NCBI GenBank assembly: GCA_964468795.1
Contig: CAYXWL010000001.1
Coordinates: forward strand, 96,221 to 145,586
Origin: an uncultured Candidatus Saccharibacteria bacterium
GTDB taxonomy: Bacteria; Patescibacteriota; Minisyncoccia; Phycocordibacterales; DATDWN01
Length of the DNA stretch: 49,366 nt
Direction of reading: 5' to 3'
The notes under the pieces are model-generated. The model had not been told where the DNA came from, did no database searches, and saw only the letters and a program-made list of their open reading frames with translations. The first letter of the stretch is position 1. Each line of letters opens with the position of its first letter. Below are positions 1 to 8,044 of this stretch, piece after piece. Both the position numbers and the translations under genes were made by a program.

Positions 1-137
1 GCATCAAAAGAAAGGCCACCTGCCGTATTTATGCCAAAAATCTGTCTTGCAATAATGAGATGCCCTGAGGACGAGACAGGCAGAAACTCCGTCGCCCCTT
101 CTATAAAGCCAAGAATCATTGCTACCAGTATGCTCAT
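1..137 (-). CDS. uppP: undecaprenyl-diphosphatase (UppP/BacA), N-terminal fragment truncated by window edge
   Basis: Reverse complement of 1-137 reads [57 protein letters not shown] is the BacA/UppP N-terminal signature. Too short for the ORF track. Confidence 0.7.
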   Translation of the reverse strand, partial: MSILVAMILGFIEGATEFLPVSSSGHLIIARQIFGINTAGGLSFD

Positions 138-176
138 AGGATATAATCTTAACATATTTAATAATTTATAATACCA

Positions 177-905
177 ATGCAGCCAGAAAATATGGAAAAC
201 CAGCCTAAGCCTAGTTTGATGGAAAAGCTTTCTTTGCCGATTGCGATAGTGATAGCAGGGGCTTTGATCGCATTCTCTCTATATTATTCAAACGAAAAAT
301 CAAGCCAATACGTTAAAAATCCTCTTCCAGACAACTCTGCGCCTTCAATAAACGTAAGAGCAGTTTCAGCAGATGATCATATCATAGGTAACCCAAATGC
401 AGATGTAATTGTAGTCGAATATTCAGACACTGAATGCCCTTTCTGCAAACAATTCCACAGCACTATGAGGAGAATAATCGAAGAGTATGGTAAGTCTGGA
501 AAGGTTGCTTGGGTTTACAGACACTTCCCGATAGACCAGCTCCACTCAAAAGCAAGACAAGAGGCAGAGGCGCTAGAATGCGCAAACGAACTTGGCGGAT
601 CAGCAAAATTCTGGGAGTACACGAACCTGCTTTACGACACAACAACTTCAAACAACTCGCTTGACCCTGCAGAACTTCCAAAGATGGCAAAAAAGGTTGG
701 ACTTGATGTAAACGCTTTCAACACCTGCCTATCTTCCGGAAAATACAAGGACAAAGTTGATGCTGATTATCAGGAAATAGTAAAATCCGGTGGACGAGGA
801 ACTCCAACATCTATCCTCGTAATGAAAGACGGAACAAAGGAGACAATCCCAGGAGCACTTCCTTACGACCAGATGAAGCTCGTCATAGATGCGGCACTGA
901 AATAG
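177..905 (+). CDS. DsbA-family thiol:disulfide oxidoreductase with N-terminal membrane anchor
   Basis: Thioredoxin-fold CPFC active site ([12 protein letters not shown]) and TM helix [26 protein letters not shown] at 167-172 lies 4 nt before the ATG. TAG stop. Confidence 0.85.
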   Translation: MQPENMENQPKPSLMEKLSLPIAIVIAGALIAFSLYYSNEKSSQYVKNPLPDNSAPSINVRAVSADDHIIGNPNADVIVVEYSDTECPFCKQFHSTMRRIIEEYGKSGKVAWVYRHFPIDQLHSKARQEAEALECANELGGSAKFWEYTNLLYDTTTSNNSLDPAELPKMAKKVGLDVNAFNTCLSSGKYKDKVDADYQEIVKSGGRGTPTSILVMKDGTKETIPGALPYDQMKLVIDAALK

Positions 906-910
906 CTCCT

Positions 911-939
911 AAAAACACTCGGGATACCCGAGTGTTTTT
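911..939. terminator. bidirectional intrinsic terminator between convergent dsbA-like and helicase genes
   Basis: aaaaacactcggg-ata-cccgagtgttttt: 13-bp stem with an A-tract and a T-tract on either side. Confidence 0.7.
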
Positions 940-3934
940 AGTTATTCTGAATAAGTTTTCTATACCCGCAATATTCGCAATCCTTTTCTGTACAAGTGCT
1001 ATTCCAAAATTTGAGGCTAATGACTTCATCCGAAACTCTCTTTATGGTTTCTTTTATATCATCCAAGCCTTCATCCGCCATTTGAAATTCTTCTCTGACG
1101 TACTTGCCGTTTTCGCCTGGCTCTAAAAATTCAATCACGCCAGTTTCCATATCTATGCCATCATGAAGCGAAAGTAGAAGCTTGTAGAAAAGAAGCTGTC
1201 TTTTTATGTCTCCCGTCGAAGTCTTTGTCTTTCCTTCTATTTCATTTCTGGTCTTTGGCTTCCCCGTTTTGTAATCAGTAACGACAAACCTCCTCTCTCC
1301 AACAACTTCAGCCAAGTCTATTTTTCCTGATATAATAACGCCTGGAAATACTTCGACGCCTCCGACAGAAAATTCGGAAATGACCGGATTTGTCAGTTTT
1401 GGGTTAGACCACTCGAACCAACCAGAAAGGGCTTTCTCTCCTCTTAGAAGCGCCTCCTTGTATTCTGACTGGTTTAATATTCCCTGAAGACCTAGGTTTC
1501 TTTTGTAAGAATCGAGAAGAAACTGCTTGTCTATATCTCTTTCCTTTGCTGTACGCCACATATCCTCCACCGCAGCATGCATTGCGATTCCGTATATCTG
1601 ATGCTTTTCAGGGACCGAAGGAATTCTTAAAAGATTTCTGTAAAAATATTTCCACGGGCAAGATAGATAGTTGTTCAGAGCCGTTACTGAAAGAGAGTGG
1701 GTATGGAAAAGCTCTGAAACAAATTCTTTGTCTATCTCTCTCACTCCTGTTGGAACTCTTTCTGAATATAACAGATCAGGGCTTTCTTTTATTTTCCTTT
1801 CATAATCGTCTGTCGGCACAAGCTCTTTCATATCCTCTCTTATTTCTAAAATGAAAGGTGAGGCTAGAATCTCTTTGCCGTTCTCGTCAGAATTTGAATA
1901 CGTTATATGCACTTCTTCTTTTGCACGAGTAATCGCTACATAGAAAAGCCTTCGCTCATCATTTATATTCTGTCCCTCTTCTTCTACTACATTTGTGTCC
2001 AGGCTATATACGTTGTTTATGAGCCTTAGCGAATCCCTATCTGCTTTTTCTCCAAAAGATCTCTCGGTAGCGTTGATAATAAAAACGTGCTCGAACTCAA
2101 GGCCCTTTGACCTGTGAGCGGTCATGAGCCGAACTGCATCCGGCCTTATAGAATGCTTTGGCCTTTTAATGAAGAGATTTCTCTTTCTAATAATATCCAG
2201 GTACTCTACAAAATCCTTTATTGTTGCGCCCGGCCTATTTGAAAGAATTCTCTTACCCTCATCAAACAGCCTTTCAATCCCTAAAAAAGCTTCTGCGTCT
2301 CTCGAGGCAACCATAGTGTCCAAAATGCCAGACTCGCGCAATATTCTTTCTAGAAACTGAGAGAGGTGGTCCGACTTGGACTTCTTTACCCAATCCGCAA
2401 GCTTTTGGCTAAGTGCTTTTATCTTTTCATTTGGAGTATCGGAAATAAGATCATATATAAAAGTCCTCTTTCTGCTCGACTCTGCTATCAAGCGGTAAGC
2501 ATCCAAAGCATCAATACCGAACTCTTCCATGTGAAGTATTGGCACTAAATATTCATCTTCACCATAGTGATAAACGGCTTCAATAACGCTGATTACCTTT
2601 TTGACATATCTTTCGCCCAAGAGATCCTCGTCGGACTCGATGGCATATGCTACTCTCTTTTTTTCCAATGTGTCGGCCATAGGAAAAGCTTCGCGGTTGG
2701 ACCTATATATTATTGCAATTTCGCTAGGCTGTACTTTTTTCTTTTCAATCAGCTCGCTTATTTTTTCCGCCACAGAGTGAAGTTCGATGCTCCTGTTTGT
2801 AAATTCTGAAATCAGTATCTTTGAGCTTTCCTTTTTATCTCCGGACCTCAGAGGTGCTTCTCCGGGGAGAAGCGAGTGGGCTGCATCAAGTATATTCTGG
2901 CCGGACCTGTAGTTGAGAGAAAGTAAAATTATCTTTGCACTAGGGTAAAGCTTTTTAAAATACCTAAAGTTTTCCATTGATGCTCCTTGAAATCGGAATA
3001 TAGCCTGCTTTTCATCACCCACTATAAAAATGTTTGGATTTGGGTGGAACTCGCCCAAAAGCTCAAGGATTTTGTTTTGGGCATTGTTTGTATCCTGATG
3101 CTCGTCAACTAAAATGTACTGGTTGTTCTCCTCGAGCGAAAGCCTCAGATCTTCACTCTTCTGCAAAGCCGATAAAACTTCCATGATCATGTCGCTGTAG
3201 TCATAGAGCCTTCGCTTCATAAGCTCCTTTTGGTAAGCAGAATAGATGACAGCGAGCTCTTTGTTCTTTTCTAAAAGCCTTTCAAAATCCTTATGCTCGC
3301 CTTTCATCTTGCCTTTGTGAGCACCTTTTTCATGATAAAGGTCAGATCTGCCCTTAAACTTTAATTCTTCCTTTGCCACAAGTTCTGTAAACATTTCCGG
3401 AGAAACAGCTTCCCTTTTCAGCTCTTCGATTTTCTTGCCGGCAGAACGGATGTAGTATAAAGGATCGCCCCAAGGCTTTAAAATATTCAAAGGCAGTTCA
3501 GTAATTATTTCTTCCAAAATCGCTACGCTTTCAACCTCGGTTATATTTCCCGAACCGATAATCGTTGGAAAATATTCCGGATAATCTTTTATGACGTTAT
3601 TGCAAAAAGAGTGAAAAGTTTCTATCTGGACTCTGTATGCAGAAGCGCCGATAAGCCTTGAAAGTCTGCGTCGCATATTAGCTGATGCTGCGTCTGTAAA
3701 AGTCAGAGCCAAAATATTTTCAGGCTGTGTATCTGTCTTCCGCAAAATATTTGCAATACGCAAAGTCAGTATTTCTGTCTTGCCTGTACCTGGGCCTGCT
3801 ACAACCATGACTGGACCCTCTATAGTATCAACAGCCTCCTTTTGCTCCTTGTTTAAGTTTTTATATCGCTCGAGAAATGCATCCTCCAGCGATGTATCTT
3901 TAGTACCTTTTGCCATGCCATAAGCATACCACAT
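938..3934 (-). CDS. UvrD/PcrA/AddA-type superfamily-1 helicase fused to a C-terminal PD-(D/E)XK nuclease with Cys cluster
   Basis: Walker A AGPGTGKT, DEHQDT (motif II) and UvrD-like motifs. C-terminal part has GKIDLAE...VVTDYKTGK plus Cys at SCPWKY and CTEKDCEYC (Cas4/AddB-like Fe-S pattern). True start may be MAKGTKD at 3916. Confidence 0.85.
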   Translation of the reverse strand: MWYAYGMAKGTKDTSLEDAFLERYKNLNKEQKEAVDTIEGPVMVVAGPGTGKTEILTLRIANILRKTDTQPENILALTFTDAASANMRRRLSRLIGASAYRVQIETFHSFCNNVIKDYPEYFPTIIGSGNITEVESVAILEEIITELPLNILKPWGDPLYYIRSAGKKIEELKREAVSPEMFTELVAKEELKFKGRSDLYHEKGAHKGKMKGEHKDFERLLEKNKELAVIYSAYQKELMKRRLYDYSDMIMEVLSALQKSEDLRLSLEENNQYILVDEHQDTNNAQNKILELLGEFHPNPNIFIVGDEKQAIFRFQGASMENFRYFKKLYPSAKIILLSLNYRSGQNILDAAHSLLPGEAPLRSGDKKESSKILISEFTNRSIELHSVAEKISELIEKKKVQPSEIAIIYRSNREAFPMADTLEKKRVAYAIESDEDLLGERYVKKVISVIEAVYHYGEDEYLVPILHMEEFGIDALDAYRLIAESSRKRTFIYDLISDTPNEKIKALSQKLADWVKKSKSDHLSQFLERILRESGILDTMVASRDAEAFLGIERLFDEGKRILSNRPGATIKDFVEYLDIIRKRNLFIKRPKHSIRPDAVRLMTAHRSKGLEFEHVFIINATERSFGEKADRDSLRLINNVYSLDTNVVEEEGQNINDERRLFYVAITRAKEEVHITYSNSDENGKEILASPFILEIREDMKELVPTDDYERKIKESPDLLYSERVPTGVREIDKEFVSELFHTHSLSVTALNNYLSCPWKYFYRNLLRIPSVPEKHQIYGIAMHAAVEDMWRTAKERDIDKQFLLDSYKRNLGLQGILNQSEYKEALLRGEKALSGWFEWSNPKLTNPVISEFSVGGVEVFPGVIISGKIDLAEVVGERRFVVTDYKTGKPKTRNEIEGKTKTSTGDIKRQLLFYKLLLSLHDGIDMETGVIEFLEPGENGKYVREEFQMADEGLDDIKETIKRVSDEVISLKFWNSTCTEKDCEYCGYRKLIQNN

Positions 3935-3956
3935 TGGCTATTTTGGATATATGAAT

Positions 3957-3998
3957 AGCCCCGATCGACTTTGGATTTCTCCATTGTCAATCGGGGCT
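3957..3998 (-). terminator. hairpin downstream of GC-rich unit A
   Basis: agccccgat / atcggggct: 9-bp GC-rich stem, 25 nt after the stop of 4024-4671. Confidence 0.45.
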
Positions 3999-4023
3999 TG
4001 TGTGTCGGCGCTGTGCCGGTGTA

Positions 4024-4671
4024 CTACAGGAGTCCGCGGATCGAATCCGCCTCCTCCTTGCGCTTGCTGAGGAGCCTCTGACGCTGCGTCTGAGCAGCGG
4101 CGATGTTGAGCTCGGTCGCGCGATCGTCGCGGTTCTTCTTCGCGAGTCGCTTCGTTTCTTCCTCCCGAACCATGCGCACACGGTCGCGCTTGCGCTGTTC
4201 TGCATCGGCCTCGACGAGCACCTTACTCATCGAGTTGTACGCCATGATGCGCTGATCGAAGGTGCCGTTCGTCTCGACCCTGACGGCCTCCTCGAGTTCC
4301 TTTCGGAACTTCTCGAGGCGGGCGAGAAGATCGGCGTCGAAGCCATCTTCGCGCCGGAGACGAATCTCACGAACGAAGAAAGCCTCCTTGGCGACGGTTG
4401 GATCCTGTCCTTCTGCCACCTCCGCCATCTGGCTGACGACGGAGTTGCGCAGGAACTTTCCCAGGATTGAGCGGCCGACGGAGAAGATCTCCCCGGCCTT
4501 CGCGATGGCGTCGTCCTGCTGACCCAGTTCGATATGGCCAGCCATGGCTTCCACCATCCCCTTGATCGGTTCGCCAACCTTGAATCCCGTCACCGACTTC
4601 ATCGTGGTGATGAGAGTCTTCACACGGTCGGTCGACTGCTCGAGGGTCATGCCGTTGGGAATCTTCTTCAT
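4024..4671 (-). CDS. GC-rich hypothetical protein (unit A), charged and probably coiled-coil C-terminal half
   Basis: ATG (MKKIPNGMTLEQ) is preceded by GGAGG at 5-nt spacing. 37/60 G+C in 4021-4080, strong G/C third-position bias. C-terminal part is E/R/K/A-rich. No family recognised. Confidence 0.6.
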   Translation of the reverse strand: MKKIPNGMTLEQSTDRVKTLITTMKSVTGFKVGEPIKGMVEAMAGHIELGQQDDAIAKAGEIFSVGRSILGKFLRNSVVSQMAEVAEGQDPTVAKEAFFVREIRLRREDGFDADLLARLEKFRKELEEAVRVETNGTFDQRIMAYNSMSKVLVEADAEQRKRDRVRMVREEETKRLAKKNRDDRATELNIAAAQTQRQRLLSKRKEEADSIRGLL

Positions 4672-4775
4672 CTCAACCTCCAAAGTTTTCCTCAAAGAGC
4701 GAAATTGCTCTCCAGGAAAATAGGCTTATAAATAAGCTAAGCTCATTTTCCTGTGAACAAATCTTTATAGTTAAA

Positions 4776-4804
4776 AGTATAGCATATAAAAATATATATG
4801 TCAA
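4776..4804 (-). promoter_or_regulatory. sigma70-type promoter for unit A (TTGACA-17-TATACT)
   Basis: Reverse complement reads TTGACAtatatatttttatatgcTATACT. It would give a leader of about 100 nt containing hairpins AGGAAAAT/ATTTTCCT and AGAGC/GCTCT. Confidence 0.5.
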
Positions 4805-4833
4805 ATAAATTTTGTGAAGAAATCTAACCTACC

Positions 4834-4859
4834 AAAAACGGCTCAATTGAGCCGTTTTT
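4834..4859. terminator. bidirectional intrinsic terminator downstream of rpoD
   Basis: aaaaacggctc-aatt-gagccgttttt. Confidence 0.65.
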
Positions 4860-4861
4860 AT

Positions 4862-4983
4862 AAACTTTCATAATTTGGATGAAATCCGATGTGAGGAATT
4901 TAAAATACGAGGAGCCTTATTGAACATAAGGTGACGAGCATTTTAAATTCGGGAACTAGGAGTTCGCCAAATTTGGAAGTTTT
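4862..4983. repeat. structured inverted-repeat element R1 (same subfamily as 43385-43513)
   Basis: Imperfect outer arms aaactttcataatttgg / ccaaatttggaagtttt. Perfect 10-bp stem aatttaaaat/attttaaatt. Apex gccttat-tgaac-ataaggtga. Ends 3 nt before the rpoD stop. Confidence 0.6.
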
Positions 4984-4986
4984 ATT

Positions 4987-6258
4987 CTAATAATAGTTTC
5001 GAAGGCGATTGATCTTCTCATGCTGTCTGATCTTCTCATGCGCCTTCGCCTCAATCTGCCTAATTCTTTCTCGTGTCACACCGAATTCCTTTCCTACTTC
5101 CTCGAGTGTATGAGTTACTCCGTCAACCAATCCATGTCTTAGCTCCAAAATCTTTCTCTCTTTTTCTGGCAAATCGTTCAAAATTTCTCGCACCTGATCT
5201 GAAACAATCCTCCGTGCAGATTCCTGATCTGGAGAAAGAATTTTTTCATCTGCCAAGAAATCCCCAAGCTTTGATTTTGAATCATCATCTTCGCCGATAG
5301 GTGTTTCTAGCGACAGCGTTGATTGATCGATTTTTTCTATAGTGTAAATCTTATCAACAGAAAGATTCATTTCAGTTGCGATTTCTTCTGGCAATGGATC
5401 TCGGCCCAAATCCTGTGCAAGCCTTCGCACTACCTGCTTGTACTTGGCGATTGTTTCAACCATATGCACAGGCACTCGGATAGTTCTAGACTGATCAGCC
5501 AATGCTCTCGTGATTGCCTGCCTTATCCACCAAGTTGCGTACGTCGAAAACTTGTAACCTTTTGTCCAATCAAATTTATCTACAGCCTTGAATAGTCCCA
5601 AGTTTCCTTCCTGAATAAGGTCGAGAAGAGTAAGGTCTGCAGATCTGTTTGCGTATTTCTTTGCAATTGAAACCACAAGTCGCAAGTTTGCTCGTGCTAA
5701 AAGATTTTTTGCTTCCTCATCCCCTGCCTCGATTCTCTTTGCAAGCTCTTTTTCCTGGCCTCCGGAAATAAGCGGATACTGTCCGATTTCTTTTAGATAC
5801 ATTTGGATGGAATCGTATGAAGACTCTCCGCCTCTTCCGTAAGTATATTTCTTTCCAAGCAGATCTTCGCTAGGATTCTCGAGAAGTCCTCCTCCTTCCA
5901 AAATATCTACTCCGCTTGTCTGTAGCTTTTCGTAAAGCTCATCTAGAAAAACAATATCTTCTTCGACGTGAGGAAACTCTTTTAGGATTTCATCATAAGT
6001 GATATAGCCTTTTTCCTTTCCCTTAGATAAAAGTCTAGCAAGACCGGCTTCTTGCCTATCTTCTTTCTTTACTACAGGCTTTGCTCCAGCCTTAACAGCA
6101 GATGTTGCAAGGGCGACGTGAGCTTTTTTCTTTGCCCGGATTTTAGGAAGAGCAACTTTCTTTGCCTTTTTAACCTTTGACGCCTTCTTCACCACTTTTT
6201 TTGCGGACTTTCGCGCCTTAGGATTATTCTTTTTTGACTTTGTTTTACCTTTTTTCAT
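4987..6258 (-). CDS. rpoD: RNA polymerase sigma factor RpoD (sigma-70), K/A-rich N-terminal tail
   Basis: Regions 1.2-4 are recognisable ([57 protein letters not shown]). Overlaps the dnaG 3' end by 14 nt. Confidence 0.95.
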   Translation of the reverse strand: MKKGKTKSKKNNPKARKSAKKVVKKASKVKKAKKVALPKIRAKKKAHVALATSAVKAGAKPVVKKEDRQEAGLARLLSKGKEKGYITYDEILKEFPHVEEDIVFLDELYEKLQTSGVDILEGGGLLENPSEDLLGKKYTYGRGGESSYDSIQMYLKEIGQYPLISGGQEKELAKRIEAGDEEAKNLLARANLRLVVSIAKKYANRSADLTLLDLIQEGNLGLFKAVDKFDWTKGYKFSTYATWWIRQAITRALADQSRTIRVPVHMVETIAKYKQVVRRLAQDLGRDPLPEEIATEMNLSVDKIYTIEKIDQSTLSLETPIGEDDDSKSKLGDFLADEKILSPDQESARRIVSDQVREILNDLPEKERKILELRHGLVDGVTHTLEEVGKEFGVTRERIRQIEAKAHEKIRQHEKINRLRNYY

Positions 6259-7642
6259 TTCTATTTTTTATTGAATTGAGTTTTTGGGAGAGAGTTTGGC
6301 AGATTTCAAGGTATTTTAGGACCTCGCTGCTGTTTCTGCTTTGTTCTGCTTTTTGCAAGTTTATCATTGCATCTGCGAAATCTTTTTTCAGGTACTCTTC
6401 TTCGAGTCCGCGCAGAAGCTCATTTATTTCTAGATTTAAATTATCTTTATTATTATAATAACTTTCCGTTTCAAATAATAGTGCTTCCCTGTCTTTTTCC
6501 AATGTTTTCAAAAGTTCTTCTGTTCTGCCGTTGAATATCTCGCCCGTCTTTTTCTCTATTGATTCTATGTCTACACTTGCTCCCGCATTTTTATTTCCTC
6601 TTAGCCATATCAGTAGTCCCAACACTTTCTTTTCGATTATATCCAGCCTTTTGCCTTGAGGGGGAGCCGTGCCTTGAGGCGGTGGAGAATAAACACCGGG
6701 ACTTTGCTCCAACTTTTTTAGATCATCCCACAAAGCTTCTTCTTTTATAAATGTCTTCTTTGCAATATTTTTAACGAAGTGGGATTTTTCGATAGATGAG
6801 GACAGTAGTGCAATATAAGGCAGAACATTTTTTCTTATCTCTTCGCCGAGAGCCCTGCCTTCGAGTTTCTTTTCTAAAAGCTTATCAGTGTAAAAGTCCA
6901 CAATATGCTTTGATCCTCTGACTACTTCCTTTAGCTTTTCTGGATCTTCCTTGGCGAGGTCAGCAGGATCTTTGCCCTCTGGCATTTGAGCTACTTTGAG
7001 CTCCATGCCTAGCCTCAATGCTATTTGAGCGCTTCTGTTCGATGCTGTAAAACCAGCTTCGTCTCCGTCATATGCCATGATTATCCTGTTTGAAAGCCTT
7101 CTTAATTTTATCAAGTGATTTTCCGTAAGGGCTGTCCCCGAGGAAGCAACTGTGTTTGTTATGCCTGCCTGATGAAGCATAACAAGGTCCATCTGCCCCT
7201 CGACCAAAATAGAATAATCTTTCAGCCTAATTTCTTTTTTAGCCTTATCAAGCCCGAATAATATTTCAGATTTATTGAACAGCTCTGTTTCTGGACTGTT
7301 TAGATACTTTGGAGATTTGTCATCTGCAACAAGAATTCGCCCAGAGAAGCCGACAATCCTGCCCGATGAATCTGCAATCGGAAACATTATTCTTCCTCTG
7401 AAAGTATCGTAAAAAGAAGAAACTCCTCCCTCTTTTCTTTTTATAAGGCCGGTATCTAACATTTCAGCGTCGCTTACGCCTTTTGATTTCAAGTGGTCAT
7501 ACAAATCTCTCCACTCGAGCGGAGCGTATCCTATCCTGAAGCCTTTTATTGTTTCTTTAGTAATGCCTCGGCTGGCAATGTAGTCTGAAGCGGGCCTGCT
7601 TTCTGAAAGCTTGTTTTCATAAAACATAGTTGCCTGTTCCAA
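6245..7642 (-). CDS. dnaG: DNA primase DnaG, RNA-polymerase/TOPRIM and C-terminal part, downstream of an in-frame TAG
   Basis: TOPRIM motifs ([19 protein letters not shown]). In the same frame as 7694-8005, separated only by TAG at 7694-7696. Confidence 0.85.
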   Translation of the reverse strand: MEQATMFYENKLSESRPASDYIASRGITKETIKGFRIGYAPLEWRDLYDHLKSKGVSDAEMLDTGLIKRKEGGVSSFYDTFRGRIMFPIADSSGRIVGFSGRILVADDKSPKYLNSPETELFNKSEILFGLDKAKKEIRLKDYSILVEGQMDLVMLHQAGITNTVASSGTALTENHLIKLRRLSNRIIMAYDGDEAGFTASNRSAQIALRLGMELKVAQMPEGKDPADLAKEDPEKLKEVVRGSKHIVDFYTDKLLEKKLEGRALGEEIRKNVLPYIALLSSSIEKSHFVKNIAKKTFIKEEALWDDLKKLEQSPGVYSPPPQGTAPPQGKRLDIIEKKVLGLLIWLRGNKNAGASVDIESIEKKTGEIFNGRTEELLKTLEKDREALLFETESYYNNKDNLNLEINELLRGLEEEYLKKDFADAMINLQKAEQSRNSSEVLKYLEICQTLSQKLNSIKNRNEKR

Positions 7643-7693
7643 AACAGCGTGCAGTTTGTCCTTTCGGGGTTTTTCGGCAGTTCCATGACTTTC

Positions 7694-7969
7694 CTAACTT
7701 ACGCCAGCTCTATCGGCCAAAACTTTCAGACTTCCGATAAAATCTAGGCCTTCGAACTCTTGAACAAAAGTGAAGATATCCCCTTTTGCATGACAGCCGA
7801 AACAATAGTAGCTTCCTCTATCCGGAGACACGAAAAAGGATGGCGTCTTTTCATTATGAAATGGACACCTTCCTTTGAAATTCGCGCCCGCTTTTTCAAG
7901 CTTTATATATGAGCCGATTAGCGAGACAATATCTATTTTTGATTTTATGAGGTCAACAGATGATGACAT
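7694..7969 (-). CDS. dnaG: DNA primase DnaG, zinc-binding domain segment ending at an in-frame TAG
   Basis: CPFHNEKTPSFFVSPDRGSYYCFGCHAKGD zinc ribbon. Likely start is MSSSVDLIK at 7969. Confidence 0.85.
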   Translation of the reverse strand: MSSSVDLIKSKIDIVSLIGSYIKLEKAGANFKGRCPFHNEKTPSFFVSPDRGSYYCFGCHAKGDIFTFVQEFEGLDFIGSLKVLADRAGVS

Positions 7970-8044
7970 AATTTTTTTAGTCTTCACCCCCTTTTCACAA
8001 TCCAACTACAATCTTAACCTAGCAAGATGAGATTTCTCTGAAAC

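Noticed and set aside
4036-4050. gcggatcgaatccgc, which looks like a tRNA T-arm
   Set aside because: The loop is 5 nt rather than the 7-nt TPsiC loop, and no acceptor, D or anticodon arms flank it. It lies inside the 3' end of the unit A CDS. No tRNA gene was recognised anywhere in the window.
4000-4731. ORFs 4000-4470(+), 3987-4205(-), 4227-4577(-), 4262-4522(+) and 4534-4731(+) overlapping unit A
   Set aside because: These are shadow ORFs of the 62%-GC gene, with R/S/A-rich junk translations. Only 4024-4671(-) has GGAGG-N5-ATG and sensible composition.
7694-7696. Genome-wide reassignment of TAG to a sense codon as the explanation for the dnaG interruption
   Set aside because: TAG is used as the terminator of the dsbA-like gene (903-905), rpoD (4987-4989), gyrB (43509-43511), tspO (18403-18405) and unit A. 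A global recoding is therefore not supported. Local readthrough, error or a split gene remain possible.
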